From positions 644,240 to 708,239 of the forward strand of contig CM119266.1 of assembly GCA_051294375.1 (NCBI GenBank): a stretch of DNA of 64,000 nucleotides, in the 5' to 3' direction. This DNA is from Paraspadella gotoi. Taxonomy: Eukaryota; Animalia; Chaetognatha. A model generated the notes under the pieces. That model had not been told where the DNA came from. It saw only the letters and a program-made list of their open reading frames with translations, and ran no database searches. A program made the translations under genes and the position numbers. Positions 63,193 through 64,000 of the stretch are shown here, in pieces (the first letter of the stretch is position 1; each line of letters begins with the position of its first letter).

Positions 63193-64000
63193 TTTGAAAT
63201 TTAAACAAAAAATTTCGATCTTCTTCTCTTTTCTCGATATAGAAACTTTTGTGAAAAATAAAGTTTTTACTAATTATAAATTTATTGTCATTGTTTAATA
63301 AACCATGCAAATCACGGATTCAATTTAAAAACAACAGGACTTGGACGGACAAAGAGTCAAATAGGGGGAGGCGTACTTTTCATGGGCGAAAAGTAAGCTT
63401 AAGAAAATAGAGTTTGTGCTATCGACTTGATTTTACTTTACAATAAAAATTCATAAATTATTTAAATTTTTAGAAAATAAGAGATGTAGAGAAGATTGTC
63501 CGGCAACCTTGCATGTCGTCTTCATAAATTTACAGGCCCCTTTTGGCCGAAAATACTGTCGAATTATTTTAAATTGGAATTTTTTTTATTCTGCAAGTTT
63601 AAAAACAGATTTACATTCCTTTTGTCATTTAAGTTTTTTCGATATGTCTCCCATCGTGCAGTCAAATAAAAGGTTAAAAAGCGTGGAAAACAAAGGGACT
63701 TTCAACGACTGGGTGGATGGCTTCGGTAGGGAAAGGTGAACTTTGGGGTGGGTTAGCGAAGTTGAAGAAGTGGCGTCTGAGTAGGTGAGGTGTTCGTGCC
63801 TCCGGGGCGAAGGTGAGGATAAATGGGTTAGGAATTCGGCGGCGACTGACCGACTCAAAGTTAATCTTCATATTTGAATCAGAAATCGAATTGGAAAGTT
63901 TTATTCATCATTTCGCCAAATAAAAAATTGTCGTTTTCGACAATTTATTAATTAATTATATTTTCATGCGAAATATTTTATTTATATTATATATATATTT

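Overview
This is AT-rich, repeat-dense eukaryotic DNA, most likely from an invertebrate animal, in a noisy gap-filled long-read assembly. It has six 25-N gaps and two longer gaps, indel-rich stretches, and direct or inverted duplications flanking several gaps. Almost all ORFs in the supplied track are microsatellite or low-complexity artefacts. Reading across splice sites and apparent indels gives three kinds of gene candidate: (i) a + strand METTL27/WBSCR27-like SAM methyltransferase (~50.2-51.8 kb, with possible further exons to 53.4 kb); (ii) two - strand exon clusters with divergent cadherin-like motifs (43.6-44.5 kb and 57.5-59.4 kb, the latter ending in a TM-like exon); (iii) an unassigned short-intron - strand gene (18.4-19.7 kb). 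Mobile DNA includes a TA-flanked Tc1/mariner-type non-autonomous element, several Penelope-like GIY-YIG 3' ends and LINE remnants. There are many tandem arrays (units of 16, 20, 26, 33, 42, 48, ~84 and ~150-165 bp) and several CpG-rich promoter-like islands. The most unusual unexplained element is a compact multi-stem, pseudoknot-capable sequence at ~26.08-26.25 kb. No rRNA, tRNA or CRISPR array was recognised. All protein assignments are by eye and were not tested by database search.
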